A DNA stretch of 64,000 bases, taken from positions 416,001-480,000 of the forward strand of contig CAXXVD010000002.1 in assembly GCA_963662335.2 (NCBI GenBank), given 5' to 3'. The notes beneath the pieces are model-generated. The model did not search any database and had not been told where the DNA came from. It saw only the letters and a program-made list of their open reading frames with translations. The position numbers were made by a program, and so were the translations under genes. This document shows, in pieces, positions 21,930 to 32,314 of the stretch (positions are counted from its first letter, which is position 1; every line of letters begins with the position of its first letter). Source of the DNA: Chloroflexota bacterium. Its GTDB lineage: Bacteria; Chloroflexota; UBA11872; VXOZ01.

Positions 21930-23087
21930 ATGGAAGTCGCCATCAACGGGTATTTCCTCAACGTGCACCACACCGGCAGCGGGCAGTACGCGTACCACCT
22001 GCTGCGGGCGCTGGCGAAGCACAGCCCGGACCTCGCGCTCTCGGTGCGGGTGCCGTACTTCACGCGCAACACCATGCGTCCGGTGGGCGGCATCGGCGCG
22101 CGCGCGCCGCTGTGGGGCGCATTGGGCGGCGGCAATCTTGCGAAGCTGTGGTGGGAGCAGGCCACGTGGCCGCGGCTGGCTGCCGCGTTGGGCACGGATG
22201 CGGTGGGACACGTGCCCTACTTCGCGCCGCCGCTCTTTCATCCGTTTCCGCTGGTGGCGACGATTCACGACCTGATCCCGGTGGTGCTGCCGGCCTACCG
22301 GGGCAATCCGCTGGTGCGGCTCTATACCAGCCTGGCCATGGCGGCGGCGGGCAAGGCGGACGCGATCATTACCGATTCCGTGGCCGCCAGGCGTGACGTC
22401 ATCGCGCATCTGGACGTGCGCGCCGAGGACGTGCACGTGGCGCATCTGGCGGCTGACGCGCGCTTCCGGCCGGACATCCCGCCGGCGGACGTCACGGCCG
22501 CGCGCCAGCGCTACGCCTTGCCGGAGCGGTTTTTGTTCTACCTCGGCGGCCTGGACGCGCGCAAGAACCTGGGCGCGCTGTTCCGGGCGTTGGCTCTGTT
22601 GCCGGCAGAGGTGACGCTGGTGGTGGCCGGCCGCGCGCGCCACGGCAAAGCGGCGCTCTTTCCCGATTGGGTGCGCCAGGCGACCGAGATGGGAGTTGGC
22701 GAACGGGTGCGCTTCCTGGGCGGGGTGCCGGAGGCGGACAAACCGCTGCTGTACCGCGCCGCGACCGCGTTCGTGTTCCCCTCGCGCTATGAGGGCTTTG
22801 GCCTGGATCCCCTGGAAGCCATGGCCTGCGGCACGCCGGTGGTGTGCAGCGACGCCGCGTCCCTGCCGGAGGTGGTAGGAGACGGCGGCATCCTGGCCGC
22901 GCCCGACGATGCGCGCGCGTGGGCAGACGCAATCGGCCGCCTCTGGGAGTCCCCGCCGGCGCGAAGCGAGTATGGCGAACGGGCGCTGGCGCAGGCGGGA
23001 AAATTCTCGTGGGAGCGCACGGCGGCGGCAACGGCGGCAATCTACAAGAAAGTCCGTCATTCCTGTAAGTGTCAGGTAATTCGTTGA
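21930..23087 (+). CDS. Glycosyltransferase family 4 (C-terminus altered by IS481 insertion)
   Basis: ATIHDLIP, RKNL and FPSRYEGFGLDPLEAMACG motifs; the stop codon lies inside the IS end. Confidence 0.92.
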   Translation: MEVAINGYFLNVHHTGSGQYAYHLLRALAKHSPDLALSVRVPYFTRNTMRPVGGIGARAPLWGALGGGNLAKLWWEQATWPRLAAALGTDAVGHVPYFAPPLFHPFPLVATIHDLIPVVLPAYRGNPLVRLYTSLAMAAAGKADAIITDSVAARRDVIAHLDVRAEDVHVAHLAADARFRPDIPPADVTAARQRYALPERFLFYLGGLDARKNLGALFRALALLPAEVTLVVAGRARHGKAALFPDWVRQATEMGVGERVRFLGGVPEADKPLLYRAATAFVFPSRYEGFGLDPLEAMACGTPVVCSDAASLPEVVGDGGILAAPDDARAWADAIGRLWESPPARSEYGERALAQAGKFSWERTAAATAAIYKKVRHSCKCQVIR

Positions 23088-24093
23088 CAGATCTGGTAGA
23101 ACTAGTGCGAGTGTCAATCACCAGATTTGGAAGCAACGAATGCGAGACAGTCGGAGTGACAAGAACATTGAGCGGAACCTGGAGCAGAAGTGTCGCTTGG
23201 CCTTGATCAACGAGTACGAATTGATCAAGGCCAAGCGGCACCCCCGGTTCCGCTTCGTGCAGGGCTTCTATGCGTTCCACGGTACCACCCGGCAGACCTT
23301 TGTCAAGTACTATAACTGCTTTTGCTAGACGCGGAGCGCTGACCCTCTGCTGCCGCGCAAGCGGGGTCCCAAGTGGAAGACCCGGCGTACGCCGCGCTTC
23401 ATCGAGCAGAACGTGTTGGAACAGCGCCGCCAGGATATCGACCGCTATGAGATCTATGCTATACTGGAGCCGGTGCTCAAAGACCATACGCTGTCTGCAA
23501 TCTATGCCATTTGCAGGTACCATGGGCTGAATCGCCTGAAGCCGGCCATGAAGCAAGCCAAACGCACCATCATCAAGGCCCGCGCGGGCGAACTGGGGCA
23601 CTTGGACTGCCACTACCTCAGCCGCGACCTGGTCTTGGGCCGCAACGAGCGCTACTACTTGGTCTGCGGCTGGACGCCTGCACACGCCTGACCTAAGAGC
23701 CTGAGTGTGATGTTTCCGCGGTCAAGAGCATCAACCTGCTCAATGTCGAGTACGGCATCCAGTTTGAGTCCCTGCTCACCGACAACGGCGCCGAAGTGGC
23801 GGCGCGCACCAAGCCGGCGCAACACCCGTTTGAGCGCATGCTGTTGGAACTCGGCATCCGCCACCGCTACACCCGACCCTACCGGCCCCAAACCACGGCA
23901 AGGTGGAACGCTTCTGGCGCACGCTCAACGATGACCTGATCGAGGGCACGATGTTCGCGAACCTGGAGGAGTTCAAGGATGAACTGATTAGTACCTCCTC
24001 TATTACAATACGGCTCGACCCCACCAGGCATTGAAGGGAAATACGCCTCTTCAGACTCTGCAGAATCTGTCAACGAAATAGTCGACACTTTCA
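23064..24093 (+). mobile_element. IS481-family insertion sequence (degenerate)
   Basis: Imperfect 27-bp terminal IRs tgtaagtgtcaggtaattcgttgacag and (reverse complement) tgaaagtgtcgactatttcgttgacag; flanks attcc/attac. Confidence 0.85.
23140..24093 (+). pseudogene. IS481/integrase-core transposase pseudogene
   Basis: Fragments GELGHLD, LLTDNGAE, HRYTRPYRP and GKVERFWRTL lie in different frames; in-frame TAG at 23326. Confidence 0.85.
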
Positions 24094-24139
24094 ATTACCG
24101 CACAGGGGGGAATCCATCTTGAACCAGGCAGGCAGGCTC

Positions 24140-25294
24140 ATGCGCGTGCTCTACATCTCCAAGGCGCTGGTGTTTGGGCAGTACCAACGCAAGCTGGAGG
24201 AGATTGCCAAGCACCCGGACGTTGCCCTCCGGGCGATCGCGCCGGAACACTGGCGCGAAGGCGAACACCGCGAGCGCCTGCAGCGCCGCTACACGGCGGG
24301 TTACGAATTGGTAGTTGAACCGGTGCGCTTCAACGGCCACTATCACCTGCACTACTTCGCCAACTTGCGGCGGCACATGCTGGACTGGCGGCCCGACGTG
24401 GTGCACATGAATGGAGAGGCGTTTAACTTCGCCACCGCGCACGCGATCTGGCACGCCCGGCGCGCAGGCGCCAAGGCAGTCTTCGTCGCGTGGCAGAATA
24501 ACTACCGGGTCTATCCGCCTCCGTTCTATTTCATCGAACTCTATAGCATGCTCAAGTCGACCGCGGCGCAGGCGGGCTCGCGGCAGGCGCAGGAGGTGCT
24601 GCGCCGCAAACGCTATTCTCATCCTTCGGTGGTTTTCACCCAGCACAGCGTGGATGCTGCGCTTTTTGCCCCAGCGGCCAAACCGCAGGCGGGGGGCGAA
24701 GTCTTTCGCATCGGCTACGTGGGCCGGTTGGTAGCGGCGAAAGGGATTAACGTGTTGCTCAGCGCCGTTGCTCGTCTTGATTTTCCCTGGCGGGTCCAAT
24801 TATTCGGGACCGGCCCGGAGGAACCGGCGCTCCGCTCCCAGGCTCAAGACCTTGGCATTCAAGACCTGGTTGAGTTTCACGGCCACTTGGATATCGGCTC
24901 GATGCCGGAACGCTACCGGGACATGGACGTCTGCGCGCTGCCTTCGCTGACCACGCCGCGCTGGAAAGAGCAGTTTGGACGCGTGCTAATAGAGGCCATG
25001 GCGTGTGGAGTGCCGATAGTAGGCTCGGACTCAGGTGAGATTCCCAATACGCTAGGCGGTGCCGGCGAAGACCGGGGCGGATTGACGTTCCCGGAGGGGG
25101 ACGCGGCGGCATTGGCGAAGAGGCTGGACACGCTTTACCGGGAGCCGGCGCTGCGCCGCCAACTGGGAGCGCAGGGGCGGCAACGGGTGCTGCGAGAGTT
25201 CAGCCACGAACGCATTGCCGCCAAGACGGTGCTCATGTACCGCCAACTGACGTACGGCCCGGGACACGGCGCGGAAAGGCAAGGAACCGCCTGA
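24140..25294 (+). CDS. Glycosyltransferase family 4
   Basis: IGYVGRLVAAKG and LPSLTTPRWKEQFGRVLIEAMACG motifs. Confidence 0.93.
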   Translation: MRVLYISKALVFGQYQRKLEEIAKHPDVALRAIAPEHWREGEHRERLQRRYTAGYELVVEPVRFNGHYHLHYFANLRRHMLDWRPDVVHMNGEAFNFATAHAIWHARRAGAKAVFVAWQNNYRVYPPPFYFIELYSMLKSTAAQAGSRQAQEVLRRKRYSHPSVVFTQHSVDAALFAPAAKPQAGGEVFRIGYVGRLVAAKGINVLLSAVARLDFPWRVQLFGTGPEEPALRSQAQDLGIQDLVEFHGHLDIGSMPERYRDMDVCALPSLTTPRWKEQFGRVLIEAMACGVPIVGSDSGEIPNTLGGAGEDRGGLTFPEGDAAALAKRLDTLYREPALRRQLGAQGRQRVLREFSHERIAAKTVLMYRQLTYGPGHGAERQGTA

Positions 25295-25579
25295 AGAGGC
25301 ACGAGCCGCCATCGCGACGGCCGGCGCCGCTGTGCGCCAGCGAAAATGACGGCCAGGCGCTGCTGAGCGCACTCTCTGCGTTGTTGGGACAGCGGTAGGG
25401 GCACGGCATGTCGTGCCCCTACCGCCTTTTGACAAGCCGGATAGAGACGTTTCTGCAATGTGCCCTGCCACATTTGTGCGGCAGCTTTGGAGACAAGCCC
25501 CCGCGCTATGGTTTGTCGCTCCCGCGAAGGCGGGAATGCGTTTTCAACATTGGCGAGTGCCGAGGCGAGGGACGAGCCC

Positions 25580-26637
25580 CAATGCTGTCGCATTGACCGC
25601 TGAGGCGGAGTTCGCGCGGCAAGCAGACGACAAGGACCCGCAACCAGCAGACGTGTGTGATGCTGCGTGGGTGGTGTTCTTCCAAAAGTTGTGCGAGCAC
25701 GGCCACGATGCTGGCGATCGCTAACGTGAGGTGGACGGCGGCGCGGCTGTGGCCGAAGGGGCGGATTGCCCCCAATACATGCTTCAGCCAGCGAAAGAAC
25801 AACTCGATCTGCCAGCGCTTGCGGTAGAGCCGCACTACGTCTGCGGCGCTCAGGTCGTGGCGGTCGGTGATGAAGGCGCGTTTTCCACTTCGCCGTGCGG
25901 CTGACCACGAGGCGCATCTCCGGTAAGACCGCGCCGTTGTGGTTGTGGGCGCTGCCCAGCACGATCACCGCATCCTGCACCACCACGTCTCCTTCCGGCG
26001 TGCGCTCTCCCGTCAGCGTACGCGCACGCACCACCCGGTAGGCGGCCTGCGGGTGCAGCCGCGTCACGAAATGCACACCGGCTGTCCGCATCTGCGCAAA
26101 GACCCGGTGCGCGTAGTAGCCCAAGTCCAGCAAGACCGTCCAGCCGCGCCACGGCGTCAGTTCCCAGCCCTTGAACGCCGTCACGTCATTCACGTTCGCC
26201 AGCGTCACCTGCAATTGCCTTGGCGCCTGCATCCCCACGGCATACGCCATCTGCAGCCGTACCCCCGCCTCATGCCCTTTGTGCACGCTCCACGGACTGC
26301 ACGCCGCGCTCAACGCCAGAAAACTCCCGTCCACCGCCACCACCCGCCGCAACTGCGCCGACCCCTGCGCTGCCACCTGCCGCGCCACCACCGCCCACGC
26401 TGCGTCAAAAACACGCCACGTGAGCGAGCAGCATCCCCACATGCGCTTGCACCAAAAAGTGCTTGCGATACCGACCCACCCCCGCTACCTGCGCTGCTGC
26501 CGTCAGCGCCGGCTCCAACACCCGCCACAACCGCCCCAGTCTTGCAGTCTGTGCTACCATTACCCAGGGCTCCTTTGTAAGATGTATGGTGTTTCCTCTT
26601 ACCAAAGTAGCCCTTTCACTTTAATCCGACAACATTG
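25580..26637 (-). mobile_element. IS4-family element with frameshifted, probably internally deleted transposase, inserted in a family A REP
   Basis: IRs caatgctgtcgcattga and (reverse complement) caatgttgtcggattaa; 11-12 bp duplication gggacgagccc; DDE fragments VDGS, LDLGY and YRKRWQIELFFRWLK (YREK motif) in separate frames. Confidence 0.88.
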
Positions 26638-26916
26638 GGGGACGAGCCCCCGCGCTATGGTTCGTCATTCCCGCGCACGCGGGAATCCAGCACGTGTTGA
26701 GGCCGAGTACGATGTGCCGCGCCGCGCCCCAGATTCCTACGCTGCCCCTCAGTTCCCTTGCTGCGCTCGGCATGACGTGAAGTGCTTGGCGCATGGTTTC
26801 ACGCCAGGTTAGGTGCCTTAGCTTGACGCTCATGGACAGAGTGGCTAACCTACACACGTAGGCTGCACGCGCGTGCGGCCGGAGTGGTGACGTACTCCAT
26901 AAGAGGAGGTACAGAG

Positions 26917-28350
26917 ATGGACAAGGCGCGAGAGAGCAGACTGCATAGCGTCTCCCGGCGCGCGTTCCTGGGGGGAGCGACGCTGGCGGGCGCGGGTGTG
27001 ATGCTGGCGGCGTGCGGCATGCAGGCCGGCCCGGCCGATGACGCCGGGGAGACCCAGCAGGCGGACGCGCCGGCGCAGGAAGAGTCCAAGGCCCCGGCCG
27101 CTGAAGGCGCGGCTGAGGTCCTCCTCTGGCAGTGGGGTTCCACGTACGTGCCCGGCTTCGACGTGCTGGTGGACGAGTACAACGAGATGCAGGATGAAGT
27201 CGCCCTGACGGTTGAGAATCCGTCCGGCTACTGGGACAAGTTGCTGGCGGGGCTGGCAGCGCAGACCGGCCCGGACATCTTCCTGATGAACGGCGTGAAC
27301 ATCAAGTCGTGGATTACGGGCGGCCGCGTAGCCGCGGACCTGTCGCAGTACGTTTCCAGCGACAAGCAGGCCACCGACGACCTGGCGGCCGCGCTGCCGT
27401 CGTTCGTCGATTGGTACTCGACCGACGGCAAGGCGTCCGGCACGCCGTGGAATTACAGCACGAGCAATACCCAGTACGCCCTGGACCACGTGGTAGCCGG
27501 GGGCCTGACCCCGCCGGCCGAGCTTGGCGACGGGTGGGACTGGAACGCGTATCAAGAGTACGGGGAGAAGCTCACACAGCGTGAAGGCGAGAATATCACG
27601 CGCTTCGGCTCCGGGCACTTGCACGGCATCGAGACCGGCTGGGGCAACTTCATTCAGATGAGCGGCGGCAGCGTGCTGAGCGAGGACCGCGCGCGGTGTG
27701 TGATTGACTCGCCGGAGGCGGTTGAAGGCGTGCAGTTCTGCGTCGACATGATTCACAAACATAGAGTGGCGCCTACACCGGACGAATACGTGGCGTTGCG
27801 CGGCGAGAATCGGATACACCCCGCCTACTTCTTGACAGAGGGCTTGGTTTCGATCCACTCGGCCGGCGACTGGTACTTCAACCGCTACTTCGAAGTGCCT
27901 GATTTTCAGTGGGACGTGACCTTCCTGGCGAAGTCGCCGCGAACCGGGCAGACCGGCAACAACAGTAACTTCCGCGGCACGGTCATGAACGCGGCGACCG
28001 GCAACCCGGACGCGGCGTGGAAGTGGATGGCCCACTCGATCACGAAGCCGGTGCAAGATCGCGTAGTGGAACTCTTCAACGAGGTGCCGGGGCGGCTGGA
28101 CTCCGCGATTGAGTTCTACACCAACACAGAGACGGCGGGGCCGCCGCCGTCACGGGCTATGCTCGAGGAATCGCTGCGGGCGACCATTGCGCTGCCGACC
28201 CACGACGTGGTTACGTGGGTGCAGATGATCCGCGAGGGCATCAATCCCAGCATGAACCTGGTCTTCGCCAATGAAATCACGGTACCCGAGGGCTTGAAGC
28301 AGATCCAGGATACGTTGAACGCGATCATCGACGAGGCAGGCTCCGGGTAG
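26917..28350 (+). CDS. ABC transporter extracellular solute-binding lipoprotein (sugar-binding type), Tat signal
   Basis: SRRAFL twin-arginine motif, LAAC lipobox, GPDIF and AAWKWM motifs; GGAGGT RBS. Confidence 0.88.
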   Translation: MDKARESRLHSVSRRAFLGGATLAGAGVMLAACGMQAGPADDAGETQQADAPAQEESKAPAAEGAAEVLLWQWGSTYVPGFDVLVDEYNEMQDEVALTVENPSGYWDKLLAGLAAQTGPDIFLMNGVNIKSWITGGRVAADLSQYVSSDKQATDDLAAALPSFVDWYSTDGKASGTPWNYSTSNTQYALDHVVAGGLTPPAELGDGWDWNAYQEYGEKLTQREGENITRFGSGHLHGIETGWGNFIQMSGGSVLSEDRARCVIDSPEAVEGVQFCVDMIHKHRVAPTPDEYVALRGENRIHPAYFLTEGLVSIHSAGDWYFNRYFEVPDFQWDVTFLAKSPRTGQTGNNSNFRGTVMNAATGNPDAAWKWMAHSITKPVQDRVVELFNEVPGRLDSAIEFYTNTETAGPPPSRAMLEESLRATIALPTHDVVTWVQMIREGINPSMNLVFANEITVPEGLKQIQDTLNAIIDEAGSG

Positions 28351-28407
28351 AACCGGCGCGTGCGCTTGCGGCCGCTCGAGCGGCTGACAATCGCGGACAG
28401 CGGAGAT

Positions 28408-28452
28408 AAGAGAGCGGGCGGAACGATTTTCGTTCCGCCCGCTCTCTTTGCT
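28408..28452 (+). terminator. Rho-independent terminator between convergent genes
   Basis: Stem aagagagcgggcggaacga / tcgttccgcccgctctctt followed by T-rich bases. Confidence 0.8.
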
Positions 28453-28498
28453 TTGCCGCTTGGCTTGCCGCGCGGCGATTACTGGACGCAGCCCCGTA

Positions 28499-29455
28499 TC
28501 AGGCCGGCTGGCGAATCAGCTTTTGCAGCGACCTGAGTTCGCGCGGCGGGTCGAGATTCCGGCCGTACTCGCTCCACGCGACTTCCGCCACGTAGATGTC
28601 GCCCTTTGAGTCCACGGCCAGGCTGTGGGGCGAGTAGAAGCGGCCCGGCTGGTCGCCGTACGCCTCCCGGCCCAGGCGCGCCAGCACGTTGCCGGCGGTG
28701 TCGAGGATAGAGACGCGCGGGCCGAGGTCCGTGCCCATGTTGTTTGAATCTATGCCGCCGAAGTACTCGCCGACGTATACCAGGTCCTCGCCGCGCGGGT
28801 CCGCCAGCACGCAGGCGGCCTTGGAGAGATTGGTCCACTGCGTCAGGTACGCGCCGTCCGCGGAAAAGATCTGCACCCGGTGGTTTTCGCGGTCGGCGAT
28901 GTAGACCCGCCCGGCGGCGTCCACCGAAATGTCGTGCACGATGTTGAAGTGCCCCGGCTCCGTGCCCGACGCGCCCCAGGAGTGCAGCAATTCGCCGTCC
29001 CCGGAGAACTTGTGCACGTGGGCGTTGCTGTAGCCGTCCGCCACGTAGAAGTCGTCCGTGCCGGGCGCGAAAGCGACCGTGGTCGGGCGGTTGAACGGCG
29101 TGCCGCTCATGGGCGGCGGCGGTTCGCCCGGCGTGCCCAGGGTCATGAGGAGTTCCCCCTCAGGCGTGAACTTGCGCACGGTGTGGTCGCCGCTGTCGAT
29201 GCAATAGACCGTGTCGTCCGGCCCTACCGCCACGCCGTGCGGTATGTCGAAGATACCGTGCCCCCACGTGCGCAGCACGTTCCCCGCCGAGTCGTAGACG
29301 AGCATGGGATGCGTGCCGCGGTTGAAGACGTAGACGTTGTCCTGGGAATCCACGGCCACCGACGTGGCTTCCTTGTAGTGCGCGCCGGCCGGCAGGTTGC
29401 CCCAGTTCGTCCCCGTTACGGTGTAGGTGAAATCTCCGTCGCCAAGTGTAACCAT
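28499..29455 (-). CDS. NHL-repeat beta-propeller, peptidyl-alpha-hydroxyglycine alpha-amidating lyase-like
   Basis: VAVDSQDNVYVFNRG, PHG, YVADGYSN, ADRENHRVQIF and PHSLAVDSKGDIYV repeats. Confidence 0.87.
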   Translation of the reverse strand: MVTLGDGDFTYTVTGTNWGNLPAGAHYKEATSVAVDSQDNVYVFNRGTHPMLVYDSAGNVLRTWGHGIFDIPHGVAVGPDDTVYCIDSGDHTVRKFTPEGELLMTLGTPGEPPPPMSGTPFNRPTTVAFAPGTDDFYVADGYSNAHVHKFSGDGELLHSWGASGTEPGHFNIVHDISVDAAGRVYIADRENHRVQIFSADGAYLTQWTNLSKAACVLADPRGEDLVYVGEYFGGIDSNNMGTDLGPRVSILDTAGNVLARLGREAYGDQPGRFYSPHSLAVDSKGDIYVAEVAWSEYGRNLDPPRELRSLQKLIRQPA

Positions 29456-29644
29456 TTTTCCTATGTCTGCTCCTGTGTTCAACGATTCGCACAGTGTACC
29501 CGCTTGTAGCAGTGGCCTCACGCTACGGGCAGCAATCCCAGTGTAACCGTTTTCAAGCGGGAAGGCACTGGGGCTGTGCGGCGAGTAGGACTCCTTGATT
29601 GGTTGTCGGCGATTCTTAGCCGGTGTTTGCGTAGTCAGCAAGAA

Positions 29645-29790
29645 CCGTTCGTGCTGAGCGTGTCGAAGTACGAACGGTTCTGGACGGAGGCGCTATCATC
29701 CGTTCACCCTTCGACACGCTCAGGGCGAACGGGGAAGGTGGGTGGCGTCTGTCGCGGTGGTTCACCCTTCGACAGGCTCAGGGCGAACGG
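29645..29790. repeat. Cluster of REP family E (ccttcgacaggctcagggcgaacgg)
   Basis: One inverted and two direct copies; also at 4880 and 7278-7420. Confidence 0.8.
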
Positions 29791-29807
29791 AGTAACGTAA
29801 ACTGCGG

Positions 29808-29880
29808 CGCCCCCGGGGTGATTCGAACACCCGACCAACTGCTTAGAAGGCAGTTGCTCTGTCCACTGAGCTACGGGGGC
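29808..29880 (-). tRNA. tRNA-Arg (anticodon UCU)
   Basis: Reverse complement gcccccgtagctcagtggacagagcaactgccttctaagcagttggtcgggtgttcgaatcaccccgggggcg folds as a cloverleaf; followed by CCG, so CCA is not encoded. Confidence 0.95.
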
Positions 29881-30047
29881 AGGAGAAAAATGGGCAGATG
29901 GCGTAGACTGGGCGCGGCATGCAGCGCTAGGCGTGGGGCCGGAGCCTTCTACTCGATTATACCGCAGCCGGTAGCGCAGGTTGCAAACCTGCGCTACCGG
30001 AGGCGCGGGCGCGCCGGGTTCAATCTTGCCCCTTGCGGCTGAGCCGG

Positions 30048-30214
30048 CGGGCAGACGTAGCGCGGGGGCTTGTCCCCCGCCGGGCAGACGTAGCGCGGGG
30101 GCTTGTCCCCCGCCGGGCAGACGTAGCGCGGGGGCTTGTCCCCCGCCGGGCAGACGTAGCGCGGGGGCTTGTCCTCCGCCGGGCAGACGTAGCGCGGGGG
30201 CTTGTCCCCCGCCG
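30048..30214. repeat. Five tandem 33-bp units, each containing REP family A
   Basis: cgggcagacgtagcgcgggggcttgtcccccgc x5 with a single substitution in unit 4. Confidence 0.95.
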
Positions 30215-30350
30215 GCCCAAGCGGTATGAGGGCGCAAAGAGCGAACTCTGCACGAGGTTCCTGCCAGGGAGGACAACTTTCACTGCGCCGCCCGGCCGGA
30301 CTTGGCCGAGCACCGCTTTCGCGGGGGCATTCAGCCTCTTGGCCGGCCGT

Positions 30351-31724
30351 CTACCCGCGCTGGCGCAGCGTCACCATTACCCCGTGCTTGGGACGCAGGG
30401 TAATGAGCGGATCCAATTCCACCGGGTGTTCGGGAACCAGGTCGAGTTCGTACTTTTGGGCGATGGTAGCGAGCAGCAATTGGGCTTCCAGCATGGCGAA
30501 GTTGTTGCCGATGCAGAGCCGCGGCCCGCCGCCAAAGGGGAAGTAGGCAAAGCGGTGGCGCTCTTTCACGCGCTCCGGCAAGAAGCGTTCCGGTATGAAC
30601 GCTTCCGCGTCTTCCCAGAAGTCGGGATGGCGGTGCGTCATGTACTGGCTCATAATTACGGTGCTGCCGGCCGGAATGGGGTAGCCGCCGACTTCATCGT
30701 CGCCGATGGCTCCGCGGGAAATGCTCCACACCGGCGGCAGCACGCGCATGGACTCCTCGACCACCATCTTCGTGTAGGGGAGTTGGCGCGTGTCGGCGAC
30801 CGTGGGCGGCCGGCCCGCCAGAACGCTATCGAGTTCGGCGCGCAGTTTGGCGGCGGCCTCCGGGTTGCGCGCCAGCAAGTAGAAGGTCCAAGTTAGGGCG
30901 TTGGCCGTGGTCTCGTGTCCGGCCAGGAAGATGGTGCGCACCTCGTCCCGCAGTTGGACGTCGTCCATGGCCTCGCCGGTCTCCTCGTCTCGGGCGTCCA
31001 GCAGCAGGGAGAGCAGGTCGTTCTCGTGGGGGTCGTCCGACTGGCGGCGGGCGTCGATGAACCGCTGCACCACGTCGTCGATGGTCTGGCGGGCCATGAC
31101 GGCGCGGCGAATGCCCGGCAGGGGCACCCACTCCGGAAAGTCGATGAGCACGTACATGCGCTTGCGGGCCTCGCGCTGGGCCACCGTGATGAGGGGCTCC
31201 AGGCGCTCGGCGTCGTCCTGCACGTCCGCGCCGAACATCACGCGGCTCACGATGTTCAGCGTGACGCGCATCATCTCGCTGCTGACGTCGAACGGCTGCC
31301 CGGCGGCGGCCGGGGCCTCCCACCCGGCCAGCATCTTCTCCGTCTCCGCGATCATGGTCTCGCCAAAGCCGGCGATGTGGCGCCGGTGGAAGGCCGGCTG
31401 CATCAAGCGGCGCTGCTTGAGCCACGACTCGCCGTCATTGGTCACCAGGCCGTTGCCGAGCAGGCGCCGGAGCTTGCGGTAATCGGGGCCGCGCCGGTAG
31501 TTCTGGTGGTTCTCTTGCAAGACGTGACCGACGTACTCGGGATGAGACAAGAAGTAGACGCGGTCGAAGAGGAGCGTGTGGTGCGCAATGTCGCCGTAGG
31601 CGCGGCCGACCGCCTGCATCAACTGCAGCGGGTTATCCTTCAGCGCGCCCACGGTGCGCAGTCCCAGGAAGTCGCGAGGGCCCGGCGGCTTCCGCCGCTT
31701 GCCGACATTGGCGTCTGCGGCCAT
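30351..31724 (-). CDS. Cytochrome P450
   Basis: AGHETTA I-helix, EESMR (ExxR), PERF and FGGGPRLCIG heme-binding motif. Confidence 0.96.
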   Translation of the reverse strand: MAADANVGKRRKPPGPRDFLGLRTVGALKDNPLQLMQAVGRAYGDIAHHTLLFDRVYFLSHPEYVGHVLQENHQNYRRGPDYRKLRRLLGNGLVTNDGESWLKQRRLMQPAFHRRHIAGFGETMIAETEKMLAGWEAPAAAGQPFDVSSEMMRVTLNIVSRVMFGADVQDDAERLEPLITVAQREARKRMYVLIDFPEWVPLPGIRRAVMARQTIDDVVQRFIDARRQSDDPHENDLLSLLLDARDEETGEAMDDVQLRDEVRTIFLAGHETTANALTWTFYLLARNPEAAAKLRAELDSVLAGRPPTVADTRQLPYTKMVVEESMRVLPPVWSISRGAIGDDEVGGYPIPAGSTVIMSQYMTHRHPDFWEDAEAFIPERFLPERVKERHRFAYFPFGGGPRLCIGNNFAMLEAQLLLATIAQKYELDLVPEHPVELDPLITLRPKHGVMVTLRQRG

Positions 31725-31990
31725 TTGGTTGCCTCCGTATCGCGCGGCAATAGCCGCGCACTCTCAGCGCGGTAGGTCGTGGAACCGCAGCCAACAGTTT
31801 CCGGCAACACGCAGGGCGACCACACCGGTTCCGAAACCCGCGCCAGTACACGCTGACCCACTGTGGGCACGCAGCCGCTTGGCTCGAGCGATTCTCACTG
31901 CTAGTATACAGCGCAGCCACAATCTGGTGAAGCGGGTGGTCGGGGATAGTCCGACCAGGCCACATCCAATAGTAGCAGGACTAACAAGAG

Positions 31991-32314
31991 TTACTGCAGC
32001 GGCATGTTCCAGAGCGTCGCGATTCCGCGCTCTAGAAGCTCTTTCACGACTGAAGCGCCGCCAACCGATATGTCTGCGATAGTCGGATTGGCATTCTGGA
32101 AGTTGGGGTCGCGCACGCTAACCGGGGTGCCGACTGGCAGTAGTTCCTCCAATGCCTCTTTGCACTCCTGCTCCTTGTCATCCCGTGCCGCGATTGGTAG
32201 GAATACCCTCTTGATGGTATGTTCAGGGTCGTGCACTCCAACCTCTACGGTATTGAAGTCCGCGACCTTGCAGACAATGCAATGGACCGCTACCATCGCA
32301 CTCTCCTTAGCCAT
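31991..32314 (-). CDS. Degenerate thermonuclease (SNase/OB-fold)-like protein
   Basis: Spacing resembles SNase (KVADFNTVEV, KEALEELLPVGTPVSV, SVVKELLERGIA), but the catalytic DGDT, IDAPE and DxYGR motifs are not conserved. Confidence 0.5.
   Translation of the reverse strand: MAKESAMVAVHCIVCKVADFNTVEVGVHDPEHTIKRVFLPIAARDDKEQECKEALEELLPVGTPVSVRDPNFQNANPTIADISVGGASVVKELLERGIATLWNMPLQ

Noticed and set aside
26917-28350. Solute-binding protein without permease or ATPase genes
   Set aside because: Orphan binding proteins are common and not unusual by themselves.
30048-30214. Possible CRISPR array
   Set aside because: Units are contiguous and identical with no unique spacers, consist of the dispersed REP, and no cas genes are present.
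29704-30276. ORF with repeated PGGGQAPALRL
   Set aside because: It is a translation of the REP tandem and overlaps the tRNA gene.
30351-31724. P450 as part of a biosynthetic cluster
   Set aside because: No ferredoxin, reductase or scaffold-building genes are adjacent; it appears to be an orphan.
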